Source of the DNA: an uncultured Gammaproteobacteria bacterium
GTDB taxonomy: Bacteria; Patescibacteriota; Microgenomatia; Daviesbacterales; UBA10151
Length of the DNA: 64,000 nt
Direction of reading: 5' to 3'
Assembly (NCBI GenBank): GCA_964394855.1
Contig: CAYMZD010000002.1
Location: forward strand, 131,964 to 195,963
Part shown: positions 36,973 through 46,803 of the stretch, one piece after another
Numbering within the stretch: the stretch's first letter is position 1
Layout of the letters: every line of letters begins with the position of its first letter
Notes under the pieces: generated by a model
The model's database searches: none
The model's input: only the letters and a program-made list of their open reading frames with translations
What the model was told of the DNA's origin: nothing
Program-made: the position numbers and the translations under genes

Positions 36973-37662
36973 ATGATAAATAGAAGGGAATTTTTGGAAG
37001 TTTCAGCTGCTGTGGTGGGTGCTCCTTTTATACCCAAAGTACCTTCTTTTTTGGAAGATGCAAGAGTAATCACTCATGGGGATAGGGATAAACCTCAAGT
37101 GGCTTTAACTTTTGATGACGGGTTTTTGCCTCGGCAGGTTGAAAAAATTGCCGAGATAGCAGATCAATATGGGTTAAAATTTACCTTTTTCCCGGTGGGT
37201 TGGAGGGTGATGGATAGAAATCCAGATTTGTGGAGAGATGTTTACCTAACCGGTCATGAAATTGAAAATCATAGCCATTCCCACAGGATTCTTAATTCTA
37301 GATTAGTTAAACCGTTGGAAATGGTTTATGATATCGGTTTGCACGGGCAGGTCCTAAATGAAATTTTAAGAGAGGAATATCAAGAAAAGTTTTTCCGTCC
37401 TCCCGGAGGGTATATTGAGCAGGCAGTAATTGAAGCGGCTAATGGTTTAGGTTTAGCAGTAGTGACATGGTCACTATCAAGCGGAGGAACATCAAGGTTA
37501 GCTTCACCAGATAGTTCATTTGCCAATGTGTCCAGGGCCACAAATGGGGATATTGTACTGTTGCATTGTATTCCTAATGATACTGCGAGGCTTCCTGATA
37601 TGATAGAAGTTTTAGAGCAAAAGGGTCTTGATTTGGTCACCTTGGCCACTTTATTGGAGTAA
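36973..37662 (+). CDS. Polysaccharide deacetylase (NodB homology domain) with twin-arginine signal peptide
   Basis: RREFLEVSAAVVGAP Tat motif; TFDDG, H-x-H-S-H-S-H NodB motifs. Confidence 0.8.
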   Translation: MINRREFLEVSAAVVGAPFIPKVPSFLEDARVITHGDRDKPQVALTFDDGFLPRQVEKIAEIADQYGLKFTFFPVGWRVMDRNPDLWRDVYLTGHEIENHSHSHRILNSRLVKPLEMVYDIGLHGQVLNEILREEYQEKFFRPPGGYIEQAVIEAANGLGLAVVTWSLSSGGTSRLASPDSSFANVSRATNGDIVLLHCIPNDTARLPDMIEVLEQKGLDLVTLATLLE

Positions 37663-37681
37663 ACAAAATTTATTCAATTGA

Positions 37682-37702
37682 TCCCGATTTAATCGGGATT
37701 GA
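37682..37702. promoter_or_regulatory. Palindrome copy 3: ATCCCGATT-A-AATCGGGAT abutting TTGACA-N17-TATGAT promoter
   Basis: Immediately 5' of a well-spaced -35/-10 pair upstream of the gene at 37741. Confidence 0.45.
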
Positions 37703-37740
37703 CAAAATTTTTTACTCAAGTTATGATAAAAGAGTAACTT

Positions 37741-38205
37741 ATGTATTCGGATTGGGTGATTGTTCTAAGCGCGGTTTTTTTGGTTTGGCTGGTAATTTTA
37801 ACATATCAGAACTGGAAAGAGAGAAAACTTTTATCAGAGCTTTTTGCAAAATCTGGGGAGCGAGATATCAGGAAAAAATTTGAAGAGATTTTAAAGGGTG
37901 TAGGGGAAGCAAGACTCAAAAGTTTGGATCTAGATAAAAAAATTGCGACTTTAAGAGAAGATAGCTTAAGCTACATCCAAAAAGTAGCCCTTTTGCGCTA
38001 TAACCCTTACGAAGATACAGGTGGGGACATAAGTTTTTCTTTAGCTTTACTGGATGACAGGGGAAATGGGCTAGTGGTGACTAGTTTACACGGTAGGGCA
38101 GGGACCAGAATTTTTGCCAAGGATGTCACAGAAGGAAAAGTAGGAAAGTATAACTTTTCTAAAGAAGAAGAGCGAGTAATTAAGAAAGCTATGGGAATTA
38201 AATAA
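37741..38205 (+). CDS. DUF4446-family protein (N-terminal TM)
   Basis: LLRYNPYEDTGGDISFSLALLDDRGNGLVVTSLHGR pattern. Confidence 0.55.
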   Translation: MYSDWVIVLSAVFLVWLVILTYQNWKERKLLSELFAKSGERDIRKKFEEILKGVGEARLKSLDLDKKIATLREDSLSYIQKVALLRYNPYEDTGGDISFSLALLDDRGNGLVVTSLHGRAGTRIFAKDVTEGKVGKYNFSKEEERVIKKAMGIK

Positions 38206-38209
38206 TTTT

Positions 38210-39394
38210 ATGAATAATATTAAGGAAGTTTTTGAAAATTTAACTGATTTACAAAAAATTTTGGTAACTTTAATTTTGATATTGGTGTTATATGGTGCCT
38301 CCGCCACTGTTTCTTACTCCATATTTAGCCGTGTTAATATTTCCGGCGGTCCTATCAGTTTAGTCACCTCTTTACCTGGTCCATCAAATATAGTAGAGGA
38401 AGATCCCAACGAACCAAAAACTGAAAGTTGTCCCCTAGATGGTAGTAAACATACCCAAAAGGCTTTCCAGTCTTGGGAAAAAAGACGCCCCTTGGCAGTG
38501 ATGATTGAAAACCACTCGGAAGCAAGGCCACAATCCGGGCTATCCTCTGCCAATATTGTTTATGAGGCAGTAGCCGAAGGAGGTATTACTCGCTTTATGG
38601 CTATTTTTTATTGTAATTTAGCTGATGTTCAGGTAGGGCCAGTGCGCTCTGCCAGGACATACTATTTAGATTGGCTGGGTGAATATGACGCTCTTTATGC
38701 TCATGTGGGCGGGGCCAATACTCCGGGGCCAGCTGATGCCCTCTCGCAAATTATAAAATATGGAGTTAAGGATTTAAACCAATTTAGTATTGGCTTTCCA
38801 GTTTTTTGGAGAGATTATCAAAGATTGGGTCATCCTGTGGCCACTGAACACACCATGTACTCGACCACTCAAAAATTGTGGGAGATAGGAGCTAAAAGAG
38901 GTTGGACCAACCAAGATGAGGATGGTCTTTCTTGGCAGAAAAATTTTACTCCCTGGAAGTTTAAAGATTCCACGTCAACTGCCCCAGGCCAGGCCACCAG
39001 CATTACAGTTAATTTCTGGGAAAGCCAATCAGCTTATAAAGTGGAATGGGTTTTTGATGTAGATAATGGTTCATATAAAAGAAAAAATGGAGGAGTCCCT
39101 CAGATGGACTTCAATAATAATCAGCAGCTGATGGCTAAAAATATTATCATCCAATTTGAGAGAGAATCCCATGCTAATGATGGTTACGAAAATAATGTTC
39201 ACCTTCTTTATGGAACAACGGGTAGCGGCCGTGCTTTAATATTCCAAGATGGGAAGGTAGTGGAAGGTAAATGGATAAAAAATTCCAGAACTGCCAGAAG
39301 TAAATATGTTGATGATAAGGGTAAAGAAATAGAATTTAGTAGAGGTTCAATTTGGATTCAGACTGTCCCGGAAGGATCAAAGGTTGCATACTAG
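38210..39394 (+). CDS. DUF3048 (YerB-like) secreted/lipoprotein-like protein
   Basis: N-terminal TM/signal, RPLAVMIENHSEARPQSGLSSANIVYEAVAEGGITRFMAIF core. Confidence 0.6.
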   Translation: MNNIKEVFENLTDLQKILVTLILILVLYGASATVSYSIFSRVNISGGPISLVTSLPGPSNIVEEDPNEPKTESCPLDGSKHTQKAFQSWEKRRPLAVMIENHSEARPQSGLSSANIVYEAVAEGGITRFMAIFYCNLADVQVGPVRSARTYYLDWLGEYDALYAHVGGANTPGPADALSQIIKYGVKDLNQFSIGFPVFWRDYQRLGHPVATEHTMYSTTQKLWEIGAKRGWTNQDEDGLSWQKNFTPWKFKDSTSTAPGQATSITVNFWESQSAYKVEWVFDVDNGSYKRKNGGVPQMDFNNNQQLMAKNIIIQFERESHANDGYENNVHLLYGTTGSGRALIFQDGKVVEGKWIKNSRTARSKYVDDKGKEIEFSRGSIWIQTVPEGSKVAY

Positions 39395-39427
39395 CTAATC
39401 TTAGCTGTCCAGAAAGGTGGTGAATAA

Positions 39428-40012
39428 ATGGAAGAGCTAATTGTTTCCCGCGTCCGGGTAAAAATACTACAACTTTTCCTTTCTCAACTAGAAAGTTTAT
39501 TTCATGTCCGTGAAATTGTCCGCCGCACAGAAGAAGAAATTAATGCGGTCAGGCGTGAGCTTGCTCGGATGGAAAAGTTTGGTATGGTAGTATCTGAATG
39601 GCGAGCTAACAGAAGATTATATCGTTTTCGAAAAGATTACCTTTTTTTTAGAGAACTTTTGGCAATGGTGGCTAAAACCACTGGACTGGGCGGAGCTATT
39701 GTGAAACATAGAGCAAAGTTGGGCAAAATAAGATTTGCCTTTTTATCTACCAGGTATCTTTATTCCAAGCAGTCTGGATCAGAAGATGTTGATCTGCTTT
39801 TGGTAGGACAGATAGTTTTACCGGAATTGCAAGCCATAGTCAATAATGAGCAAGTTAAAAGAGAGTTAGAGATTAACTATTCTCCTATGCCGGAAGAAGA
39901 ATTTCGCTTTAGAGTGAAGCGGCGCGATCCCTTTATTTTAAGAGTACTGATTCAACCAAAAGTGATGCTAATTGGTGAAGAAGCAGATTTGTTAGAAGGT
40001 GTCATAGCTTAA
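39428..40012 (+). CDS. Hypothetical protein (194 aa)
   Basis: ORF only. Confidence 0.4.
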   Translation: MEELIVSRVRVKILQLFLSQLESLFHVREIVRRTEEEINAVRRELARMEKFGMVVSEWRANRRLYRFRKDYLFFRELLAMVAKTTGLGGAIVKHRAKLGKIRFAFLSTRYLYSKQSGSEDVDLLLVGQIVLPELQAIVNNEQVKRELEINYSPMPEEEFRFRVKRRDPFILRVLIQPKVMLIGEEADLLEGVIA

Positions 40013-40063
40013 TTTTTGGACAATCCTACTTACCTTCTCGCGGATCAAAAATACTTTTAAAAG

Positions 40064-41278
40064 ATGAAATCTAAAATACTTCTATCTTTAATTTTATTAA
40101 TTACTTTGGCAGCTATTTTAGTAAATTTTTTACCCTTTTTCCCGTTGAAGCTGGGGTTAGATCTGCAAGGCGGAACACAGCTTATTTTACAGGCGCAAAT
40201 GGATAAAATAGAGGAACAAAATCGTGATAGCGCTTTGGAATCCGCCAGGCAGGTGATAGAAAAAAGAGTCAATTTATTTGGAGTGACAGAGGCAGTTGTG
40301 CAGTCTTCCAAAATAGGGGAGGAACGAAGAATCTTGGTGGAACTACCTGGTTTAAAAGAGCCTGAAGCCGCTGCCAATTTAGTTGGGAAAACCGCCCAGC
40401 TCGATTTCAGAGAACTTCCGGCTACGGGTGAGGCTAAACCAACTGGTTTAACAGGAGCTGATCTTAAAAAAGCCCAAGTTAGTTTTGGTGGAGGAGGTAA
40501 TGTAAAAAGTGGGCCAGAAGTTGCAATTGAGTTTACAGATGAGGGAGCTAAAAAATTTGCGGAGCTTACCAAAAGAAATATCAATAAACCTCTGGCTATC
40601 TTTTTAGACAACCAATTAATTTCTGCCCCAATTGTACAACAAGAAATTGTCGGTGGCAGTGCTGTTATCACCGGTCAGTTTAGTGTGGAAGAAGCTAAAA
40701 ATTTAAGCATCCAGCTTAATGCCGGAGCCTTGCCAGTGCCAATTAAAGTCTTAGAAGAAAGACGGGTTGGTCCCACACTGGGCCAAGAATCAGTCAATAA
40801 AAGTTTGGTGGCAGGGATTATTGGACTTTTGGCAGTCGTAATTTACATGGGTTTATATTATGGTTGGTGGGGATTGTTGGCTGATACATCTTTGCTTATT
40901 TATACCTTTTTAGTACTGGCCATTTTTAAGACTGGAGGTTTTATTTTGCCGCCGATCACTTTAACCTTGGCTGGAGTGGCCGGATTTATTCTTTCAATCG
41001 GTATGGCAGTGGATGCTAATATCTTAATTTTTGAAAGAATGAAAGAAGAAAGACGATGGGGTAAGTCAAAACAATTAGCCCAAGAATTGGGATTTAATAG
41101 AGCTTGGACATCCATCTGGGCATCTAATGTTTCCTCCTTAATAACTGCTATAATTCTTTATGCATTTGGGACATCTTTAGTAAGGGGGTTTGCCATAACT
41201 TTGAGCATAGGAGTTTTGATTTCCATGTTTACAGCAGTGGTGGTAACCAGGACACTTTTGAGATTAATCATAAAATGA
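40064..41278 (+). CDS. secD: Protein translocase subunit SecD (short form)
   Basis: N-terminal TM, LGLDLQGGT, C-terminal 5-TM SSD-like bundle. Confidence 0.85.
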   Translation: MKSKILLSLILLITLAAILVNFLPFFPLKLGLDLQGGTQLILQAQMDKIEEQNRDSALESARQVIEKRVNLFGVTEAVVQSSKIGEERRILVELPGLKEPEAAANLVGKTAQLDFRELPATGEAKPTGLTGADLKKAQVSFGGGGNVKSGPEVAIEFTDEGAKKFAELTKRNINKPLAIFLDNQLISAPIVQQEIVGGSAVITGQFSVEEAKNLSIQLNAGALPVPIKVLEERRVGPTLGQESVNKSLVAGIIGLLAVVIYMGLYYGWWGLLADTSLLIYTFLVLAIFKTGGFILPPITLTLAGVAGFILSIGMAVDANILIFERMKEERRWGKSKQLAQELGFNRAWTSIWASNVSSLITAIILYAFGTSLVRGFAITLSIGVLISMFTAVVVTRTLLRLIIK

Positions 41279-41279
41279 T

Positions 41280-42161
41280 ATGACAAAAAAGTTTAATACA
41301 AAAAAACCACACTTCGAATATTTAAGGAAGAGATGGACCCAAAAACACCGTCAGTTGCAAAATGAACTTTGGGAAAAACATAAAGATGTTGGTAGACAAC
41401 TGGCTATTAGTGGAATTGGAGGATTAATGCTTTTGACTACCCCGGCAGCAGCAGCCTTGCCAACTACCCATCTTTTGGCTGGTGGAGGACAAATTGTCCG
41501 GGATACAGATAAAAATGTTTTATTGGCAGCAAAGCTAAGTAGTATAGTTCCCAATGAGATGAGGAGTTTAAATGCTGAAGAAGAAAAAGAAATTGCCAAA
41601 ATTTTATCAAATAGTTTTGGCTTTCCAATTATGCCAGAACTACAAGGAAAAAGATTAAACAGGACTTATGGTTTAATTGGTGGGGAACAACACTTATATC
41701 GTTACCCTGGGGATAATTTATATAAACATGCAGATACAGCTGTAGATGCAGCCATGTATGGACCGGCTGGTATTGCTCCTGGTTTGGGAGCATGGGGTCA
41801 CTTTGCCCCCAGCGAAGCAGAGTTTAGTGAAAAAAATAAGTTACAAGAGAGATATTATTTGGCAGTGCAAACTTTTTTAGCCCCGGGGTTTGCAGAAAGA
41901 GTAGGAGAATATAGAGACTTTTTTAAATTTAGAAAAATGTTGGTGGTAAATCCCAAAACTGGTCAAGCCGTGGTGGCGGTGGTGGGGGATGCAGGGCCAT
42001 CCCAATGGACAGGAAAACATTTAGGCGGTTCCCCTGAAGTAATGCATTTTTTGGGTTTGGCACAAGGGCCAAGAAAAGGAGCAGTGCTGTATTTTTTCGT
42101 TGATGATCCAGATGACAAAGTTCCTTTGGGACCAGTGAAAGCACAAAACATCCAAGGATAA
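41280..42161 (+). CDS. Hypothetical secreted protein with C-terminal RlpA/3D-like double-psi beta-barrel region
   Basis: LVVNPKTGQAVVAVVGDAGPSQW...GSPEVMHFLG resembles DPBB of RlpA/MltA-3D; inserted between secD and secF. Confidence 0.4.
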   Translation: MTKKFNTKKPHFEYLRKRWTQKHRQLQNELWEKHKDVGRQLAISGIGGLMLLTTPAAAALPTTHLLAGGGQIVRDTDKNVLLAAKLSSIVPNEMRSLNAEEEKEIAKILSNSFGFPIMPELQGKRLNRTYGLIGGEQHLYRYPGDNLYKHADTAVDAAMYGPAGIAPGLGAWGHFAPSEAEFSEKNKLQERYYLAVQTFLAPGFAERVGEYRDFFKFRKMLVVNPKTGQAVVAVVGDAGPSQWTGKHLGGSPEVMHFLGLAQGPRKGAVLYFFVDDPDDKVPLGPVKAQNIQG

Positions 42162-42163
42162 AT

Positions 42164-42502
42164 ATGAATTACTTTTTTACCAAATATATTGTCATAGAAG
42201 ACATTTTAGAAAAAATGGATGAGATGGATCTTTCAGACGAAGAAAGATGGTACCTAGCTAGCTTGATTGATTCCTCCCTGCATCATGCTATTTTAAGTGA
42301 GATCTTATCCAATTTAAATGCAGATGATAAAAGACTATTTATTAAACACTTTAATAACAATCCAGGAAATGAAAAATTATTGGAATTTTTAAATGAAAGG
42401 ATTGACCACATCGAAGACAAAATTAAAAAAGTTACAGAAGATTTAAGAAAGGAAATGCATGAGGATATTAAAAAAGCCAAAAAAGTTAAGAATGCAGAAT
42501 AG
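42164..42502 (+). CDS. Hypothetical small acidic/helical protein
   Basis: ORF only. Confidence 0.35.
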   Translation: MNYFFTKYIVIEDILEKMDEMDLSDEERWYLASLIDSSLHHAILSEILSNLNADDKRLFIKHFNNNPGNEKLLEFLNERIDHIEDKIKKVTEDLRKEMHEDIKKAKKVKNAE

Positions 42503-42513
42503 ATGCTAAAAAT

Positions 42514-43398
42514 ATGGATTTGATGCGCTTTAAGCTATTATACTTTGTGTTTTCTCTTGTCCTAATTTTGCCAGGATTATATTTTTTGATAACTGCTGGA
42601 TTAAAATTAGGGATTGATTTTACAGGAGGAGCACTACTGGAATATAAATTTGAAAAACCAGTCAATTTACAAGAATTAAAAAATATAGTCACTGAAAATG
42701 ATGTCACGGTTGGTCAGATTTTATCTGCTGGTAGTAACTCCTATATTGTTCGTACTAAACCACTTGATCAAGAGAAAATTAACTCCCTTAAAAAATCTTT
42801 AACAGAAAAATACGGCCAAGTGATTGAGCGACGGGTGGAAAATGTGGGACCGGTGATTGGTCAGGAGTTACAAAAAAAAGCTCTGCTGGCACTCTCCGCA
42901 GCATCCGTTGCGATTGTTTTATATATTGCTTTTACTTTTAGAAAAATTCCTAAACCAGCCAGTTCTTGGAGGTTTGGGGTAACTACCATTGTGGCACTGT
43001 TGCATGATGTGCTAATGGTGATTGGTGCTTTTGCCATTTTGGGAAAGTTTTTAAATGTGGAAGTTGATGCTTTATTTATCACGGCACTTTTAACAATTAT
43101 TGGTTTTTCGGTTCATGATACCATTGTAGTTTTTGATCGGATTAGGGAAAATCTTTTGAAAAATATTAACAAAAAATTTAGTGAGGTGGCCAATTTGGCA
43201 GTGGTACAAACAATGGGAAGGTCTTTAAATACTTCATTAACTGTGGTTTTTGTTTTGTTGGCCCTGCTACTTTTTGGTGGGGAAACTATCAAATGGTTTG
43301 TGGTGGCCCTTTTAATAGGAGTGATTTCCGGTACCTATTCTTCCATTTTTAATGCTACTGCTTTGCTTGTTTGGTGGGAAGAAAAACTAGGTCATTGA
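42514..43398 (+). CDS. secF: Protein translocase subunit SecF
   Basis: N-terminal TM, GIDFTGG motif, 5-TM C-terminal bundle. Confidence 0.85.
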   Translation: MDLMRFKLLYFVFSLVLILPGLYFLITAGLKLGIDFTGGALLEYKFEKPVNLQELKNIVTENDVTVGQILSAGSNSYIVRTKPLDQEKINSLKKSLTEKYGQVIERRVENVGPVIGQELQKKALLALSAASVAIVLYIAFTFRKIPKPASSWRFGVTTIVALLHDVLMVIGAFAILGKFLNVEVDALFITALLTIIGFSVHDTIVVFDRIRENLLKNINKKFSEVANLAVVQTMGRSLNTSLTVVFVLLALLLFGGETIKWFVVALLIGVISGTYSSIFNATALLVWWEEKLGH

Positions 43399-44772
43399 GA
43401 TTGCTTTGATTCTTCTTAAAAGATAATCTCTAGTATTTTTAGAAGAATCCTCCAAGACTTCTTCAAAGAGTTTTTGTAAGATTTCACCAACTTTGGGGCC
43501 TTCCTTAATTCCCAAAACTTTCATTACCTCATGGCCGCTGACTTTTAAATCAGAGATGGAAAAGGGTTTTTGCATGACTTGATGAATACGCTCGCGGAAT
43601 TTTTCCATTCTCCAAGAAACAGCCTTCTGGGTTCCTCCTCCCAGTCGATCCCCAATACGAAGATCCATCATATCATCAATATTTTCTACCCCGATATTTT
43701 TGATGAAGCGGCGGATAGCAGCATCGGTTTGTCGCTCGTCAACAGTAAATAAATGCCATCTGACTAATTTAAAAAGTTTATCAGTCTGTTTTTTAGACAA
43801 ATTAAATCTTTTAGCAAGCGCCAAAACTAGTCTTCCGCCAACTACGTCATGATTATAAAAAGTGACATTACCATCAGGGGTAATTTTGTGGGTATCTGGT
43901 TTGCCAATATCATGAAGTAGGGCTGCCAGCCTTACCAAAGGGTCTTTTGACGGACAGTGTTTAAGTGTTAATAGGGAGTGTTCTCCAATATCATAAACTC
44001 TGTCATGTTTTGGTCCTTCCTGCACAATTCCAAAACATCTCTCGAGCTCTGGTAGAATAATTTCCGCTATCCCCAACTCCCTTAATCTCATTGTACCTAT
44101 GTATGGATTCGTGGATGCAAGAAGTTTAAATAATTCATCACGCACCCTTTCATGGGAAACTTGCTTAATAAGCTGAATATTTTTTCTAATAGCCTCAAAT
44201 GTATCATTTTCTATATCAAATTTAAGTTCTGTGGCAATTCTAGCAGCTCTTATTAAGCGAAGAGCATCTTCATTGAACCGATCATTGGGATTACCCACTG
44301 TACGGATTATTTTTTTTCTGATATCATCTTGCCCATTGAATGGGTCGAAGACTTTTGGAGGGCTTAGGGCTATAGCATTAATAGTAAAATCACGTCTTGC
44401 CAAATCCTCCTCAATTCTATTAGTCCAAGCAATTTTCCCAGGATGGCGGAAATCTTCATAGGCCCCCTCTTTGCGCATGGTGGTAATTTCATACACATTC
44501 ATGTTTATAGCAGACACCTGGAAGGTGGGCTTTGACTCCTTCCAGGTGGTTTTAACAGGAATTCCAACAGTGCCAAATTTATTATCGTAAAATCCTTCAG
44601 GAAAAATTTTTAGGATTTCTTCCGGTTTAGCATCAGTGGTAAAATCCCAATCGGAAACTGCTCTTTTCATCAAAAGATCGCGTACTGCCCCACCGACAAT
44701 GTAAATTTGAAATCCGGCTTTTTGGAATTTATCTAATATATTTTTTACATCATGCGGTAGTGTATAATTCAT
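43387..44772 (-). CDS. cca: CCA-adding tRNA nucleotidyltransferase with HD domain (start taken at internal Met; ORF extends to 44844)
   Basis: GGAVRDLLM...D.D pol-beta head motif, HD motif LLHDIGK. Confidence 0.75.
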   Translation of the reverse strand: MNYTLPHDVKNILDKFQKAGFQIYIVGGAVRDLLMKRAVSDWDFTTDAKPEEILKIFPEGFYDNKFGTVGIPVKTTWKESKPTFQVSAINMNVYEITTMRKEGAYEDFRHPGKIAWTNRIEEDLARRDFTINAIALSPPKVFDPFNGQDDIRKKIIRTVGNPNDRFNEDALRLIRAARIATELKFDIENDTFEAIRKNIQLIKQVSHERVRDELFKLLASTNPYIGTMRLRELGIAEIILPELERCFGIVQEGPKHDRVYDIGEHSLLTLKHCPSKDPLVRLAALLHDIGKPDTHKITPDGNVTFYNHDVVGGRLVLALAKRFNLSKKQTDKLFKLVRWHLFTVDERQTDAAIRRFIKNIGVENIDDMMDLRIGDRLGGGTQKAVSWRMEKFRERIHQVMQKPFSISDLKVSGHEVMKVLGIKEGPKVGEILQKLFEEVLEDSSKNTRDYLLRRIKAISMT

Positions 44773-44796
44773 GATGTAATTGTACCTCCAAGCCAT

Positions 44797-46365
44797 ATGA
44801 AATGGAAAGTATTGCCCAAAAAATCTAATGATTTGATTAAACAACTGCTTATTAATAGGAGGATAAAAACCAAGGAAGAATTTGAAAAATTCTTTAATCC
44901 TAATTTAGGAGATTATCAAAAAGATTTGTCAATTCCCGGGATTTCCAAAGCCACAGAGCGAATAAAAAAAGCCATTAAAACGCAAGAGTTAATTATAGCC
45001 TATGGAGATTTCGATGTTGATGGGATTGCTGGGGCAGCTATTTTATATTTAGGGCTTACTAAAATGGGGGCTAAAGTCTTGCCTTACATCCCTCATCGGG
45101 AAAAAGAAGGTTATGGTTTATCTTTTGTGGGTTTGGATTTTGCCAGAGATGCCGGTGCTTCTATAGTGGTGACAACAGATACCGGCATTGTGGCTTTTAG
45201 GGAGGCCAAATATGCCAAAAGTTTAGGACTAGATTTAATTATTACTGATCACCATGAGCCCCAAGGGGTAAAAAGGCCTGATGCTTTTGCCATTGTCCAC
45301 TCGCTTACTCTTTGTGGGGCTGCAGTAGCTTGGACGCTAGTAAAAGATGAAGAACTTCTGGATTTAGTGGCCATTGCCACAGTAGCAGATATGATGCCTC
45401 TTTTAGGAGTAAATCGGGTTTTGGTAAAAAAGGGTTTAGCAAAGTTAAATTTAACCAAAAGAATTGGGTTATTGGCTCTTTTTCATGAGGCAGGAATATC
45501 TTTGGGGAAAATTGGTGCATATGAAATTGGCCATATTATTGCCCCACGTTTAAATGCCATGGGAAGATTGGAACATGCTATAGATTCCTTAAGACTTCTT
45601 TGTACTAAAGATGTAAATAAAGCCAGAAGACTGGCCAGTTTGGTAGGGGAAACAAACACAAAACGCCAACTCCTAACTCAAGAAGCTGTCAATGAGGCCA
45701 AACTGCAAATAGATGGCAAGGAAAAAATTCATATTTTGACATCAGCTGCTTGGTCTCCAGGCATAATTGGTTTGGTGGCAGCCAGAGTTTGTGAGGAAAC
45801 GGGAAAACCAGCCATTGCTATTTCTCTGGGGCAGGAAGAGTCAAGAGGTTCTGCTCGCTCCAATGGTACAGTTAATGTGGTGGAGGTTATCCGAAGTTGT
45901 TCTGATATTTTAGTGGCAGTAGGAGGACATTTTGGTGCGGCTGGATTTACCATTGCCACAAAATATTTAAAAGTATTCCAAAAAAGATTGGAAAGCATGG
46001 ATTTACCAATAGATCAAGAGGAAAGAATTTTGGAAATAGAAGCTGAAATGCCTGTCAAAGAATTAACTTTGGAACTGGCCAAAAACTTAGAGGATTTTGA
46101 ACCTTTTGGAATAGGCAATCAAAAACCTATTTTGGCCACATCTAATATGCAGATTTCAGATTTAAGAACAGTTGGTGATAATAAACATCTGAAAGGTAAA
46201 GCAGATGGAATAGATTTCATTGCCTTTGGTATGGGGGAGCTCATAAATCAGTTGGTTTACCCTGAGCGAAGTCAAAGGGTTAACATGGCTTATACTTTGG
46301 AAATAGATAAGTGGGACGGTAGGGAAAAACTGCAGCTTAAGGTTAAGGATATAAAACTTAATTAA
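44797..46365 (+). CDS. recJ: Single-stranded-DNA-specific exonuclease RecJ (DHH + DHHA1)
   Basis: DFDVDG, ITDHH, GGH..AAG motifs. Confidence 0.75.
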   Translation: MKWKVLPKKSNDLIKQLLINRRIKTKEEFEKFFNPNLGDYQKDLSIPGISKATERIKKAIKTQELIIAYGDFDVDGIAGAAILYLGLTKMGAKVLPYIPHREKEGYGLSFVGLDFARDAGASIVVTTDTGIVAFREAKYAKSLGLDLIITDHHEPQGVKRPDAFAIVHSLTLCGAAVAWTLVKDEELLDLVAIATVADMMPLLGVNRVLVKKGLAKLNLTKRIGLLALFHEAGISLGKIGAYEIGHIIAPRLNAMGRLEHAIDSLRLLCTKDVNKARRLASLVGETNTKRQLLTQEAVNEAKLQIDGKEKIHILTSAAWSPGIIGLVAARVCEETGKPAIAISLGQEESRGSARSNGTVNVVEVIRSCSDILVAVGGHFGAAGFTIATKYLKVFQKRLESMDLPIDQEERILEIEAEMPVKELTLELAKNLEDFEPFGIGNQKPILATSNMQISDLRTVGDNKHLKGKADGIDFIAFGMGELINQLVYPERSQRVNMAYTLEIDKWDGREKLQLKVKDIKLN

Positions 46366-46591
46366 AAGGATCCCATCTGAAACGCTTCACCACTCGTTCC
46401 ATGGTCGCGAAGTCTCCAGAAACTATAGCATCCTCCAATAATTGAACTATATCTGGTTGGCCAACCCCACTACCATTTGCTCGACTCTTTCGAACCTCGG
46501 CATCAAAGTTGTAGCTTATTTTTGGTGGCGGCTCTTGAGAGTTAGCGACATCTCCCATTACACCACCTCCTTCTTTTTCACAATCTGCCAT
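46358..46591 (-). CDS. Hypothetical small protein (77 aa), strong SD AAAGGGGGTG
   Basis: ORF plus canonical SD spacing; GC-richer than surroundings. Confidence 0.45.
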   Translation of the reverse strand: MADCEKEGGGVMGDVANSQEPPPKISYNFDAEVRKSRANGSGVGQPDIVQLLEDAIVSGDFATMERVVKRFRWDPFN

Positions 46592-46613
46592 AATTTACAC
46601 CCCCTTTCAAGTA

Positions 46614-46640
46614 TTAAAAAACCTCCCCTTGTGGGAGGTC
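46614..46640 (-). terminator. Intrinsic terminator on minus strand (CCTCCC-ACAA-GGGAGG + U6)
   Basis: GC hairpin followed by TTTTTT in minus-strand sense, downstream of 46804 gene. Confidence 0.5.
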
Positions 46641-46803
46641 TAAGTCCTTTCTTTTTTAGATAAAAATTTACCTAAAAAGACCTCCCAAAAAAGTGGTCAA
46701 GATGACCACCAAAAGGAGGCCAAGCAAAATTTCAATTCTTCTTAAATCCAAACTTTCAACTTTTGACATGTAAAAAGCAAAGCTTAAATAAACTTTGCTA
46801 TTT

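Noticed and set aside
46650-46750. Possible 33-aa hydrophobic peptide on minus strand (MSKVESLDLRRIEILLGLLLVVILTTFLGGLFR)
   Set aside because: It has no ribosome-binding site, lies downstream of a terminator and is too short to support from sequence alone.
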